This document shows, piece by piece, positions 31,896 through 44,014 of a stretch of 64,000 nt of DNA; the stretch's first letter is position 1, and each line of letters starts with the position of its first letter. The DNA is from Escherichia coli. GTDB lineage: Bacteria > Pseudomonadota > Gammaproteobacteria > Enterobacterales > Enterobacteriaceae. A model generated the notes under the pieces. That model did not search any database, was not told the DNA's origin, and worked only from the letters and a program-made list of their open reading frames with translations. The stretch lies in NCBI RefSeq assembly GCF_030384885.1, contig NZ_CP128613.1; one strand, given 5' to 3'. Both the position numbers and the translations under genes were made by a program.

Positions 31896-32780
31896 TCAAT
31901 CATGTATTTTTACAGCAAGACAACCACGAACAAATTCAGGATTAAAATGTTTTACCGACTCCCCAACATAACCCAAATCAAGCGAACTAATTTGTGCCAT
32001 TTCTTTCTCTGTCAGTGAGAAATCCCAGATAGCAAAATTTTCTTCGATACGCTGTTGATGTGTCGATTTCGGAATAACGACCACTCCCCGTTGAATATTC
32101 CAACGCAGAATGACTTGAGAAATCGATTTTTGATGGGCATCTGCAATACTCTGAAGCAGATTATTTTCAAAGGGTTTATGTCTTCCACCGCCTAACGGAG
32201 CCCATGCTTCAGGCTTCACGTTATAATACTTCATGGTTGCCAGCGCCTCTGGTTGGGCAAAATAGGGATGCAACTCGACCTGGTTGACCATCGGTTTAAC
32301 TCTTGCCGTTTCACAAAAGTTCGCCAGAACATGAGGATAGAAATTGGAAACCCCAATTGCTTTTAATTTGCCCTCTTCATAGGCATCTTCGAGTGCACGC
32401 CACGCACTGAAATAATCGCGCATAGCCTGGTGCAATAAATAGAGGTCGAAGTATTCTAGTCCCGATTTTTTTAATGACGCTTCAATACCTGCTTTTGCCG
32501 TATCCTGATTCAACATATCCTGCACCCACAATTTAGACGTTATAAATAACTCATCTCGGGTACATAAACCTTCAGATATAGCTTCACGAACGGCTTCACC
32601 GACGGCATCTTCATTACCGTATACCGCTGCAGTGTCGATGAGTCGATAACCCGTGCGGATAGCGTTCAACACTGACTGTTTGCACACGTTTTTATCGGTA
32701 ACCTGAAAAACACCAAATCCCATCATCGGCATTTTCAGATTGTTACTTAATACGGAAAATTCCACTGTCAGTCCCTCCAT
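31896..32780 (-). CDS. Aldo-keto reductase family oxidoreductase
   Basis: AKR motifs (GYRLIDTA…YGNE; LxxxGxxYxDLYLLH; IPKS). True start may be the internal MPMMGFG (~32732). Confidence 0.8.
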   Translation of the reverse strand: MEGLTVEFSVLSNNLKMPMMGFGVFQVTDKNVCKQSVLNAIRTGYRLIDTAAVYGNEDAVGEAVREAISEGLCTRDELFITSKLWVQDMLNQDTAKAGIEASLKKSGLEYFDLYLLHQAMRDYFSAWRALEDAYEEGKLKAIGVSNFYPHVLANFCETARVKPMVNQVELHPYFAQPEALATMKYYNVKPEAWAPLGGGRHKPFENNLLQSIADAHQKSISQVILRWNIQRGVVVIPKSTHQQRIEENFAIWDFSLTEKEMAQISSLDLGYVGESVKHFNPEFVRGCLAVKIHD

Positions 32781-33013
32781 TAGGCATGAACAATGAGTCT
32801 ACGTTAAAACGTAACCTCAAATTAGTATGTGGATTTTGATATCACTTATGCAAAAAATTCATTAATAATGTAGGACTGAAACCTCTCTATTTTCGGGGAC
32901 AACGAAGCAGACGCTACCAGTGCTTTTGCCTTCGCCCTTGCTGTTTTTGATACACTTAGGGCCCAGGGCATAACGAAAATGTGCGATATGACAAAGAATT
33001 AACGGAGAATGTG

Positions 33014-33871
33014 ATGATCAGGCAGAAGATTCTACAGCAGCTCCTGGAGTGGATTGAGTGCAATCTTGAGCACCCTATTTCAATCGAAGATATCGCACAG
33101 AAATCTGGCTACAGCAGACGCAACATCCAGCTTCTGTTCCGAAATTTCATGCATGTGCCTTTGGGAGAATACATTCGCAAACGAAGGCTTTGTCGTGCCG
33201 CCATTCTTGTCCGGCTCACCGCGAAATCTATGCTTGATATTGCACTCTCTTTGCATTTTGATTCACAGCAGTCATTCAGCCGCGAATTTAAAAAGTTATT
33301 CGGCTGCTCTCCCCGTGAATACCGCCACCGTGATTATTGGGATCTCGAAAATATCTTCCCTTCTTTTTTAATACGTCAACAGCAAAAGACGGAGTGTAGA
33401 TTAGTCAACTTTCCTGAGACACCTATTTTTGGCAATTCATTTAAATATGATATTGAAGTGTCGAATAAATCACCGGATGAAGAAGTCAAACTGCGACGTC
33501 ATCATTTAGCCAGATGTATGAAGAATTTTAAGACGGATATCTATTTCGTCTCCACGTTCGAACCGTCAACAAAATCGGTCGATTTGCTCACAGTTGAAAC
33601 TTTTGCCGGTACGGTATGCAAACAAACCGATTCAGAGATGTCGAAAGAGTGGACAATTAACCGAGGACTGTATGCCTCTTTCCGCTATGAAGGTGAGTGG
33701 GAGCACTACCCTGAATGGGCGCGAAACCTCTATCTGATGGAATTACCTGCCAGGGGGTTAGCCAGAGTGAACGGCAGTGATATTGAGCGATTTTATTACA
33801 ATGAAGATTTCGTAGAAAAGGATAGCAATGATGTTGTTTGCGAAATATTTATCCCTGTTCGTCCGGTTTAG
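33014..33871 (+). CDS. AraC/XylS-family regulator with N-terminal HTH and C-terminal effector domain (Rob-like); probable ykgA equivalent
   Basis: MarA/Rob-like double HTH at the N-terminus, followed by ~170 aa of extra domain. Confidence 0.75.
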   Translation: MIRQKILQQLLEWIECNLEHPISIEDIAQKSGYSRRNIQLLFRNFMHVPLGEYIRKRRLCRAAILVRLTAKSMLDIALSLHFDSQQSFSREFKKLFGCSPREYRHRDYWDLENIFPSFLIRQQQKTECRLVNFPETPIFGNSFKYDIEVSNKSPDEEVKLRRHHLARCMKNFKTDIYFVSTFEPSTKSVDLLTVETFAGTVCKQTDSEMSKEWTINRGLYASFRYEGEWEHYPEWARNLYLMELPARGLARVNGSDIERFYYNEDFVEKDSNDVVCEIFIPVRPV

Positions 33872-33991
33872 TTATCGCTATGTCTAAATGAATTTATAAC
33901 AAGACTACTGTCAGGCAATTCAATAAATAATGGCGTTGAAGATGTCAACGCCATTATTGTTTATTAGAATGTTACTTTCATACTCTTAATA

Positions 33992-36900
33992 TTATTTCAT
34001 CGCCTCCTCGCCCGTTGCCGTATTGGCATCCACCGCGGTAATGGTCACCGTCACTGGCTTCATTTCGTACCCGCCATAGGTCAGGGCGTTAAATGTGAAC
34101 GTATAGACACCAGGCTTGCTGGTACTAAATGTACGCGTGATTTTTCCGCTCACGAAATGGTCATTTTTCGACGGCAGGAACTGATAATCCTTCTCCGTCA
34201 CCCCTTCCGGCGTCTGAATGTCGACCCACATATTCCCGCCAACGGGGTTATTTGCCGACATCAGGGTCACCTCCAGCTTCGCAGTCGATTTCCCATCCGC
34301 CACCAGAGATTGCACATCAGATGATGCGGCGAGCACCGCGTTTTTATCATCCGCCACGAAACTGGATTCAGCCGTTTTCGTTGATACCTGACCGTTGTCC
34401 TGACTCACTTGCGCCGTAAGTGTATATTTCGCTGCAACAGTCGTGGTGGCGGTGAAAATAGCCTGCCCTTGCTCATTCGTTGTCGCTGTGCCATTCGGTT
34501 CCAGGTTTAACGAAGCCGGGCTGGCGGTCAGCGTCACTTCGCTATCTTTCAACAAATTGTTATTGGCATCAGTCACCGTAACTTTATACGTCTGTTTGGC
34601 TTTGCCATCCGCCACTGCACGGTTGCCAATCACCTCAATACTGGAGATGGTCGCCGTAGTCTTATCCGCCACAAACGTAATGCTCTTCGCGTCTGAAGGC
34701 TGGTTATTTCCTGCTGAAGCCGTGATCTCATACGTTCCGGCAGTCACTGAAACCACCTGCAACTCTGCTTTCCCCTCATCGTTGGCTTTCACCCAGACAT
34801 TATCGCCAGTAAGCGGTTTGACACCCCGGGGCAGATTAAATGTCACCAGAGTTCCTGGAACAGGGTTACCGTTTTTATCCTCAACGGTCGCCGTCAGCGT
34901 AAAGGCATCTTTGCCGTTTGCCACTTTTTGAGCGGCAGTGTCAACCTGCAGGTTTGCCTGACCGGTGCTGGCGTCTGCGTTGAATTTCACCGTGACCGTC
35001 TTCTGAGCATTATTCACTGAGGCCGTGATACTGTGTTCCCCAGCAACGGTTGCTATCAACTCAATGTCCGCTTTACCTGCCGCATTGGTTGTTACTGTAT
35101 TCCCCGTCTTGCTAGTCACACCCTGCGGTAAAGTCAGCGTAACTTCTTGCCCCTGCAACGGGTTACCATAGCTGTCCACGACGGTCAGGGTTACCTGGTT
35201 AGCAGACTGTCCATTTGCCAGTTGGTTATTCACCTTCACCGCCATATCACTGATCACTGCCCGGGAAGCGTCGCCTGCAACATTCAGCACCAATGGCTGA
35301 GCAACGGCATTTTGGCCGTTCACGCGTGGCATGACAGACAACTGACCTGCAGCCGATCCCAGCGTTAAGGTCGACACGTAGACCCCATTACCTTTCTCTG
35401 TCCAGTTTCCTGCTGAAGGACGCTCACTCCCCGTGCTGGCGGCACCGCTAAACACTGGTGCATCTGGCTTCAGCCCGGTGACCGGGTTCCCGTACGCATC
35501 CTTCACGGTGAAGGTGAGTTCCGTCGTCGTTTTAACCGTTGGAGTCTTATTGTCCGCAACAAGCGTAGAGTTCGCTGATGACATCTCCCCGGCGATGACC
35601 GTCAACTGCGCGGCTTCGGTGGCTGCTGGCTGGCCGTTGAAGAGCGGCATGACACGAAGCTCGCCCGTCTTTCCGCCTGTGGTCAACGTAGCAACATAGG
35701 AACCGTCACCTTTTTCGGTCCAACTGGAAATAGTCGCCCCTTCAGAGGCGGTCCCCGTCAAACTTGCCGACAACGAAAGACCACTGATAGCGTTGCCATG
35801 CGCATCTTTCGCCACCAGCGTCACGGTTGTGCTTTCGCCTGCTTTTACGCGATCTGCGGCTACAGACACTGTCGACTGGCCTGAAGATAACGCATCAGCC
35901 ACCACGGTTACTTTTGCCGCGTTTGCTGCCGCGTCCTGCCCATTGAGCTTCGGCATAACCTCTAATTCACCCGCCGTAGAGCCGAGAGTAATTTGCGCAG
36001 TCCACGTCCCATCACCATTATTTGTCCAGCCCGATGCCGTAGAACCTACAGCAGCGGCACCCGCTAATGACGGCGCTTCCGGCGTGAGGCTGGTCACAGG
36101 GTTGTCATAGGCATCTTTTGCCGTCCAGATTGCCGTAACTGTACCGCCAACCACCGGTTTATCAGGATTCAGTGTGATGGACGAATGTGCTGCATCAAGC
36201 GGCCCGGCAACAAACTTCAGCGTTTGTTGTAACGTGCCCAGCTGATACTGCTCGCTGAAGGCACGCACAACAACGTTTCCGGCACGGGTCGAAGAAACCG
36301 TGGCGCTGTAAACCCCTGGTTTTATTTCCGAAATGGCACCAACGGTTACACCATTAGTGTCTTGCGGAACAAGTCGCAGGCGGCTGGCTTCTCCCGTCAC
36401 CGGATTACCCTCGGAGTCCACCGCTGTCAGTGTCAGCGTGTAGGCTTGCTGACCATCAGCAACCACATCACCTGACGGCTCGTTAGCGCTCAGGGTGGAG
36501 TTTGCCACATCCATCATCGTGGCCCGCAGTTCTGCAGTGACAGTTTTGCTCATGTCATCAACGCTAACAGTAATCGTTACCTCACCTGACTGCGTTCCGG
36601 TAGTAAAGACAGACTGATACACCCCTGCTTCAGTTTCGGTGAACTCACCCAGTGTGGGTTTTGCCTGTGATTTAGTGGCCTTCAGGGTACGAGTCACAAT
36701 ATTTCCAGCCGGTTTGAAGGTTAGTTCAGTCTTGATCTGATCTTTCATGCCCGTGACTGGCTGGCCCTCGGCGTCGCGCAGAGACAGCACCAGCGGCTTT
36801 TGCTCATTACCGTTAGCAAGCATTTGAATACTGCTCTGACCGTCAAGCGTTAACGCCGTACGATCGGCGCTCATACCAGCTCCGCTAATAACCACTTCTG

Positions 36901-38245
36901 TCTGCACACGTTTCGAGGCATTGCCTTTGTTATCGTAGGCAACTGCTGAAATCGCATAATAATTGTCTTTGCCTGGACGGTAAGCCGGGAGCGTTACTTG
37001 CCACTGACTACCCTGACCGGTAATTTTGCCACCTTCAGCCAGTAATGACGGCGCTTCCCACTGCACATTTTTCAGTCCGTGAGTTGCTTTGCTGACCACA
37101 AGCCCCAGGGAAACCGTCTGACCGCCCTTGCCTTCAATACGCTCAGGCAGAGCAATACGGATCACTTCAGATTTGCGGTACTCAAGAACGATGTTGTTAT
37201 TACGCTCAACCAGGTCATAGCGGCTGCCTGCCAGCATTCGACGCTCGCGAATGCTGTCTGTATCGAGTTGTTTTTGCAGAGGTTCGCCAATTCGGTAGTT
37301 AACTTCCAGGCCAAAGCGAGTGTCATTCTCACCACTCTTGCCCTGCTTATGCCCGGCGCTCAGTGTCAGAAGAGGCACTGGTGTATAGGTTACCTCGGCA
37401 GAAATAGCATGCGGGTCTTTCTGGCGTTTATCTTTACCAAACAGCCCGACTTCATCGCCATAATACTGCTCATACATCAGGCTTGCGCCAAGCTGCGGCC
37501 AGGCAGGTAAATAGCCCTCAGCACGAATATCCCAGCCATTCGCCGGGCGTTCCTGATAATCCTCAACATCCGGTGATTTTTTCCAGCCAGAAGCCCGGAT
37601 ATAACCATTGGCGCTCAGTTTCAAATAATCACGCCAGTATTCCGCACCAACACCAATGCGGGTATGACTACGGGATAAATCATGATCGATAAAAGTATTC
37701 ACCCCCGCCATCCAGTCATTTCCTGAAAAATGACGCCAGCCAAAACCAATATTTGACTGAGTACGATCGTCGGTACGATGTATTGCCCCCTGAGTGAACA
37801 ACATATTTGTCGGCGTGTCATAAATCGGATAAAGCATTTCCAGCGAAGAGTCCTTCAGCGAGAAATTTTTATCGACATTCAGTTTGACGCGCGCAGTACC
37901 ATATTTCCCGAGCCACTCCTGTATTTCCTGGTTAGCTTTAGCTGTGGCCATTCCGGTAATAAAGTTACGTGTCGCATCGCTATCTGGCTGACTGCTTAAA
38001 AATGTCCCGGCATTTGCGGCAAACGATGCGACATTTTTCTCCACATTATTATCAGCAGCTACCGTGGTATTTTCCATGCTCAACCGTGGCTGAACCGCAT
38101 GCTGCGCGCGTGCTGCCATTACTGGGGTAAAGGTGACAGCGAGTGGGAAAAGAACCTGAACAGAGATATTTGCCCACGCCACGCAGCGGGCCAGAACTGA
38201 ATAACGAAATCGTGGTTGTTTATGACCTGTTTTATAACGTGACAT
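33992..38245 (-). CDS. eaeH: Intimin/invasin-family outer-membrane adhesin with tandem bacterial Ig-like (Big) domains (EaeH/FdeC-like)
   Basis: 1417-aa uninterrupted ORF; N-terminal beta-barrel-type region followed by about ten ~90-100-aa repeats with recurring (T/V)xxD-x-(Y/H)GNP(V/L) motifs. Confidence 0.9.
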   Translation of the reverse strand: MSRYKTGHKQPRFRYSVLARCVAWANISVQVLFPLAVTFTPVMAARAQHAVQPRLSMENTTVAADNNVEKNVASFAANAGTFLSSQPDSDATRNFITGMATAKANQEIQEWLGKYGTARVKLNVDKNFSLKDSSLEMLYPIYDTPTNMLFTQGAIHRTDDRTQSNIGFGWRHFSGNDWMAGVNTFIDHDLSRSHTRIGVGAEYWRDYLKLSANGYIRASGWKKSPDVEDYQERPANGWDIRAEGYLPAWPQLGASLMYEQYYGDEVGLFGKDKRQKDPHAISAEVTYTPVPLLTLSAGHKQGKSGENDTRFGLEVNYRIGEPLQKQLDTDSIRERRMLAGSRYDLVERNNNIVLEYRKSEVIRIALPERIEGKGGQTVSLGLVVSKATHGLKNVQWEAPSLLAEGGKITGQGSQWQVTLPAYRPGKDNYYAISAVAYDNKGNASKRVQTEVVISGAGMSADRTALTLDGQSSIQMLANGNEQKPLVLSLRDAEGQPVTGMKDQIKTELTFKPAGNIVTRTLKATKSQAKPTLGEFTETEAGVYQSVFTTGTQSGEVTITVSVDDMSKTVTAELRATMMDVANSTLSANEPSGDVVADGQQAYTLTLTAVDSEGNPVTGEASRLRLVPQDTNGVTVGAISEIKPGVYSATVSSTRAGNVVVRAFSEQYQLGTLQQTLKFVAGPLDAAHSSITLNPDKPVVGGTVTAIWTAKDAYDNPVTSLTPEAPSLAGAAAVGSTASGWTNNGDGTWTAQITLGSTAGELEVMPKLNGQDAAANAAKVTVVADALSSGQSTVSVAADRVKAGESTTVTLVAKDAHGNAISGLSLSASLTGTASEGATISSWTEKGDGSYVATLTTGGKTGELRVMPLFNGQPAATEAAQLTVIAGEMSSANSTLVADNKTPTVKTTTELTFTVKDAYGNPVTGLKPDAPVFSGAASTGSERPSAGNWTEKGNGVYVSTLTLGSAAGQLSVMPRVNGQNAVAQPLVLNVAGDASRAVISDMAVKVNNQLANGQSANQVTLTVVDSYGNPLQGQEVTLTLPQGVTSKTGNTVTTNAAGKADIELIATVAGEHSITASVNNAQKTVTVKFNADASTGQANLQVDTAAQKVANGKDAFTLTATVEDKNGNPVPGTLVTFNLPRGVKPLTGDNVWVKANDEGKAELQVVSVTAGTYEITASAGNNQPSDAKSITFVADKTTATISSIEVIGNRAVADGKAKQTYKVTVTDANNNLLKDSEVTLTASPASLNLEPNGTATTNEQGQAIFTATTTVAAKYTLTAQVSQDNGQVSTKTAESSFVADDKNAVLAASSDVQSLVADGKSTAKLEVTLMSANNPVGGNMWVDIQTPEGVTEKDYQFLPSKNDHFVSGKITRTFSTSKPGVYTFTFNALTYGGYEMKPVTVTITAVDANTATGEEAMK

Positions 38246-38795
38246 TGAGATAATTTCCTGATGAACGAATTAACGAACATAGGCAAACACAAATAATGGT
38301 GTCTGCTTGTCAGAAAAGCCGGGGATTTCCCGGTTTCCTTTTCCGCAGAAAAGGAAATACCTTTATGTAAGAAAGTACACCGCCACCTAATATATCCAGT
38401 GTCTGTAGCCACTCATCAGGTGGGTGGGCGCGGGATTATATTTTTATTTATGGGTAAAAATTTAGCTTTTTGTGCAAGTCATTAAATAGATACCTAAGTT
38501 ATATTTCTTACTCTGCGGACAGTGAATAATTCATTATTCAGAGTGAATAATAATGACCTGCTTTTAATTTACCACGATTGGAAATACGTCGAAGTAGGTA
38601 TATACGCCAGGATAAACCGATATATTTTTTTTGGATATTCATTTTCCTTCATCGGACTGTAAATTGCGGGGATATCGAACTTGCACGACTCATCGCAACA
38701 CTCAAACAGATTTATGAATTTCGTTCATAACCCCTGACAAATCCTGCCGTCTAATCGAGCTCTTCCCTTTACGTTATGCTTCTCATGAACGATAA

Positions 38796-39386
<591 letters not shown>

Positions 39387-39578
39387 GCGATTATGCATCT
39401 ACCTATTTACGTCGGTCACTCAGTCAGAGTCTTGCCCATATTCAATGAGGTTCAACACCGCAGCCAATGAAAAGTAGGCCATGCGGGGATTAATAGCATT
39501 ACTCATTAACCAATCGCTCTTTTCATTTACGTGCTCTTTATGTAACGTATTGCTTTTATTGATCTTCCTAGAGTTTGC

Positions 39579-39935
39579 ATGAATAAGAATCTCATCCTCG
39601 CATTTGCATTATTTTCCTTACCTGTATTTGCAGAAGAAGATCTGGGGCCAGGCAAATATGTTTGTGACATTAGGATTTCCAGCCTGGATACCGCTACTCA
39701 AATTCTGTCAAAATCCGCAACAGTTCTCGATAATGGAAACAATTTCATCGTTCAAATGCCAAATGGAGATCAATTGTACTCTCCAGATCTGGAAAATGTT
39801 GATGATGGTATAAAACAAAAAGCAACAATAGGTGGAGTGACATTTATTCGTCGTCCAACTTTTAACGATCGCTTCATCGTGGAAGATGGAAATACAGGAT
39901 TCTTCTATAAGATGCGAAACTGCGAGAAGAAATAA
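39579..39935 (+). CDS. Small secreted hypothetical protein
   Basis: 118-aa ORF with a signal peptide (MNKNLILAFALFSLPVFA) in an AT-rich context. Confidence 0.5.
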   Translation: MNKNLILAFALFSLPVFAEEDLGPGKYVCDIRISSLDTATQILSKSATVLDNGNNFIVQMPNGDQLYSPDLENVDDGIKQKATIGGVTFIRRPTFNDRFIVEDGNTGFFYKMRNCEKK

Positions 39936-40223
39936 AGGAAGTTTGATAGCGATATCCTCCTGATTTTCAGGCTTTGTACCTGTTCAAGACTTACAACTAC
40001 AAGCCGCTACGTGTTAACGCCTCCCAAAATAACCACCGTTAACCGTAGCGGCCATAGATACTATTATTTTAGCCACATTACTGGTGATAATGATAATTGA
40101 TATTATGGCCGTATAGAAAATAAGTATTAATTATCAGAAAGTTTATTATGTAAACGCGTCCTAATGATTACGTTATTCCTCTTACCGATATTCGCCCAGA
40201 GCAACCATCAATTACACACATCA

Positions 40224-41150
40224 TTAACTTTCTATTTTTACTCTTTTCTCCACCATAAAATCAATAAAAGCACGAACTTTAGAGGGCATTCTCACCCGTG
40301 ATGAAACATAAATATAAAATCCAGGAAATGAAACAGCCCAATCCTCAAGAATCGGCTGTAACTTGCCCGCATTGATATGTTCAGCGATTGCAAAATCCAG
40401 ATGTTGAATGATACCCGTTCCATTCAGCGCCATTCGTATCATGCTTTCGTCATCATTAGAAATATACTTACCTGAAACCTCTATTTCGAACTCTTCATTA
40501 CCCCCCACAACATTAGAAAACTCCCATGCAGAGAGTGCACCGCTACTTTTATGCCGCAACCGAAGGCAATTATGGTTACTCAGTTCCTGAGGCGTTTCAG
40601 GAATACCGTGTTCTTTTAAATAATCTGGCGATGCCACAGTAACCAGTTTAATAAGCGGAGAAACAGGAACGGCAGTCATATGCTCATCCAGTCCTTGCTC
40701 AAGACGTATGCCCACATCACAGCCGTCCGCAATAATGTTAGATAAACCGTCATCCATAATGAGTTCTATCTTTGTTTTGGGGTAACGAGTAAGAAACTCG
40801 CCAATATGAGGCTCAACAAGCATCCGTGCTGCAACACGGGAGGAATTTATTCTCAACAGGCCTGTAGGTTCAAGTTGGGTATCACCAACATCTTTCAAAG
40901 CATCATCAATTTGCCCCAAAGCCGACACCAGCACTTCATACAGACGCTGTCCTTCCTCAGTAAGCGACATATTGCGGGTCGTACGGTATATCAGCTTGGT
41001 GTTAAGACGTTCCTCAAGAGATTTTAAATTCTGGGACAATGCGGCCCGCGTAATACCCATTTCAGAAGCGGCTCTGGAAAAACTGCCGGCACGAACAATC
41101 AGCGCAAACCAGGCAAGAGAAGGCAAAATTGAAGGCTCTATTTTCATCAT
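40224..41150 (-). CDS. LysR-family transcriptional regulator
   Basis: LysR HTH from MMKIEPSIL…; the track ORF has an N-terminal extension; divergent from the hydrolase gene. Confidence 0.8.
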   Translation of the reverse strand: MMKIEPSILPSLAWFALIVRAGSFSRAASEMGITRAALSQNLKSLEERLNTKLIYRTTRNMSLTEEGQRLYEVLVSALGQIDDALKDVGDTQLEPTGLLRINSSRVAARMLVEPHIGEFLTRYPKTKIELIMDDGLSNIIADGCDVGIRLEQGLDEHMTAVPVSPLIKLVTVASPDYLKEHGIPETPQELSNHNCLRLRHKSSGALSAWEFSNVVGGNEEFEIEVSGKYISNDDESMIRMALNGTGIIQHLDFAIAEHINAGKLQPILEDWAVSFPGFYIYVSSRVRMPSKVRAFIDFMVEKRVKIES

Positions 41151-41306
41151 TGTAAACCTTAACTTAACACTGTGATAGATATTAGACCATTGATGATAAC
41201 CAATACAAGTCATACTATTACGCCGTTCTCGATATGAACACAAATGCCAGTTGCGGATAATAGAAATGATATTTAAATCTGTTTAGGCAAATCCCTGGAG
41301 CTTGAA

Positions 41307-42227
41307 ATGAAAACGGTTTCGATAAAACACACTTACTGGGATATAGCTGCTGATATCTATTTCCCTGACGATTTTAATAGTGAAAAAAAGTATCCTGCCA
41401 TTATCAGTGCCCATCCAATTGGAAGCTGCAAAGAACAGACATCGGGTAGTGTGTATGGTGCCGCCCTGGCAAAAGCTGGCTTTATCGTCATTGCTTTTGA
41501 TGCCAGTTTTCAGGGAAGCAGCGGTGGAGAACCGCGTTATCTGGAAGATCCAACAATGCGAGTAAAAGACTTCAGCATTGTCGTTGATTACCTTACCACC
41601 TTACCTTACGTTGATGCCGGGCGTATTGGTGTACTGGGTATTTGTGGTGGAGGTGGATATGCCATTAATGCCGCAATGACAGAACGTCGGATTAAAGCCA
41701 TTGGTACTGTCACGGGTGCAAACTACGGGCGTCTTATGCGTGAGGGATTTACAGCGTTTAATCCTATCGGAGCACTCGAAGCAATGGCGCAACAAAGAAC
41801 AGACGAAGCTAACGGCGCAAAACTTCGCGTAGATGATTTACTCCCCTCTTCTCCGGATGCAGCTCTTGAAGCGGGATTAACAGAAATAGACCTTTTTGAA
41901 GCAACAGAATATTATCGTTCGCCACGAGGCTGTGCGACTAATGGGGTAAATCGTTCGCTATTTTCACATCAGACTGTTGCCGTGGGCTGGGATGCTTTTC
42001 ATCTTGCAGAAGTCCTGTTAACTCAACCACTAATGGTTGTAGTGGGCGATAGAGTGGGCGCTTTTGGTGCCTATCGTGACGGCTGCGAAATTATTGGTCG
42101 TGCAGCCTCAAAACATAAAGAGTTGGTCGTGGTTGAAGGTTATTCACATTACGACCTGTATGATAAGCCAGAACCTGTGAAACAGGCGCTCGATAAATTA
42201 ATTCCTTTTTACAAAACACATTTGTAA
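41307..42227 (+). CDS. Alpha/beta-hydrolase-fold protein (dienelactone-hydrolase-like)
   Basis: 306 aa; a glycine-rich nucleophile-elbow-like region (VLGICGGGGYA) and acidic/His residues near the C-terminus. Confidence 0.7.
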   Translation: MKTVSIKHTYWDIAADIYFPDDFNSEKKYPAIISAHPIGSCKEQTSGSVYGAALAKAGFIVIAFDASFQGSSGGEPRYLEDPTMRVKDFSIVVDYLTTLPYVDAGRIGVLGICGGGGYAINAAMTERRIKAIGTVTGANYGRLMREGFTAFNPIGALEAMAQQRTDEANGAKLRVDDLLPSSPDAALEAGLTEIDLFEATEYYRSPRGCATNGVNRSLFSHQTVAVGWDAFHLAEVLLTQPLMVVVGDRVGAFGAYRDGCEIIGRAASKHKELVVVEGYSHYDLYDKPEPVKQALDKLIPFYKTHL

Positions 42228-42399
42228 TAACCTTGCAGGGAGATTCATTATCTCCCTGAGATTTATCCTTTATTGACTACACAACAATAATGAAATTACT
42301 CAAAAAGAATTCTATTAAAGGAAAAAAGCATCAAAAAGTAGCAACTCAACTTATTAAGATTATACGCATTAAAATCAGATAAACATTTGAGGTATTGTT

Positions 42400-43542
42400 A
42401 TGACAAATAAACACCCATCATTGTTTTCTCCTTTTATGCTGACAGAAAAAATAAAGCTACGTAATCGTATCGTTATGGCCCCTATGACGACCTGGTCAGC
42501 GAATCCTGATGGAACCATCTCTGAGCAAGAACTCGAATTTTATAAACGCCGCTCACAAAATGTTGGTTTAGTAATAACAGGATGTACCTATGTCACGCCA
42601 AGCGGCATTGGGTTTACTCATGAATTTGCCGCATATGACGACCGTTTCATTAACAGCCTTGAAAAGTTAGCAGCGGCAGCCCAAAGTGGGGGTGCTCCGG
42701 CTATTTTGCAGATTTTCCACGCCGGTAATAAAGCCATCCCGGAGCTTGTACCAAATAACGATGTTATTAGTGCCAGCGCATCAAGCGTAAAATCTGGTGA
42801 CTTTATGAAGAGAGTGGTACAAAGCAGGGAAATGACTGAAAACGAAATTCAGGAAACCATTAGAGCATTCGGAGATGTCACAAAAAGGGCGATTAAAGCA
42901 GGTTTTGATGGCATTGAACTTCATGGTGCGCACGGATTCCTTCTACAGAATTTCTTCTCCCCTCTATTTAACCAGCGTAATGACCGATGGGGAGGAGATC
43001 TCGAAGGACGTATGCGCTTCCCGCTGGCCGTATTACAGGAAGTAAAAAATGTAGTCTATGAATATGCGACAAAGCCCTTTGCCATCGGTTACAGAATATC
43101 TCCTGAAGAATCTGCAACAGGGGGGCTGCGGATAGAGGATACTTATAAACTCCTTGATCGGCTCATTTCATCCGGTATTTCGTATATACATACCTCGCTG
43201 GTCAGTATTAACGATAGCTACCCTGTTGAGTCGCCAAATGGCCCCCGAACTATTGAATTGATTTTAAATCATATTGCAGGCAGAGTGCCGGTAATCGCTG
43301 CAGGTAAAATACGCACACCGTCTCAGGCTCAAGAAGCAATTTCCACTGGCCTGCCACTTGTTGCGATCGGTAAAGGGCTGGTGATAAATCCAGAATGGGT
43401 GACTTTAGCTGAATCAGGTAGAGGCCATGAAATTCAAACAACCCTTAATCCACAACTTGTTCCTGAATTAACCATTCCGGATAAACTATGGGATCAAATT
43501 CAGACATCGAAAGGAACTGGCTGGTTTCCGTTAATGGATTAA
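42400..43542 (+). CDS. NADH:flavin oxidoreductase (Old Yellow Enzyme family)
   Basis: 380 aa; the OYE-typical N-terminus (…LRNRIVMAPMTT…) and ELHGAHGFLLQNF active-site region. Confidence 0.8.
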   Translation: MTNKHPSLFSPFMLTEKIKLRNRIVMAPMTTWSANPDGTISEQELEFYKRRSQNVGLVITGCTYVTPSGIGFTHEFAAYDDRFINSLEKLAAAAQSGGAPAILQIFHAGNKAIPELVPNNDVISASASSVKSGDFMKRVVQSREMTENEIQETIRAFGDVTKRAIKAGFDGIELHGAHGFLLQNFFSPLFNQRNDRWGGDLEGRMRFPLAVLQEVKNVVYEYATKPFAIGYRISPEESATGGLRIEDTYKLLDRLISSGISYIHTSLVSINDSYPVESPNGPRTIELILNHIAGRVPVIAAGKIRTPSQAQEAISTGLPLVAIGKGLVINPEWVTLAESGRGHEIQTTLNPQLVPELTIPDKLWDQIQTSKGTGWFPLMD

Positions 43543-44014
43543 ATATCTATTACTCTCCCGAGAGTAAAACTATCAAACCAATGAGTAACCGATACAGCCT
43601 CGCAAATTCTTTCAGATAATTAACCCGTCACTGCGGCACGTTCTCTCATAAGGCGTGCCTGCTGTGTAATCCAGTATGTATCCGGCATACTTGACGGTTT
43701 AATAGAACTCAATTCCTTTCCCAGGTTACCAACAACGATATCTTGTATAACACCCCAGGAGATACGACATTATGATGAGATGAGGTATGCTCCTCAGCGC
43801 CAATCAACGCCAGGGCTGGGCCAGTTTTGAGATCAGACTCATTCCCGGACTGACTTCAGGCGACATATATCAATGACGTTGGGGCAATAAAAGATAGCCG
43901 ATGTAATACATCTATTCAAATTTGTGATACATGTCAAAAAATTGGTTGACCAAACTCGTTATTTATATAAGGGCACTTACGAAGTGCACTCTTTTTTAAA
44001 GCGAGGAAGTACCA

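Noticed and set aside
33992-38245. Possible IS element interrupting eaeH
   Set aside because: The ORF is continuous for 1417 codons and I saw no transposase-like ORF or terminal inverted repeats; no insertion sequence is present in this window.
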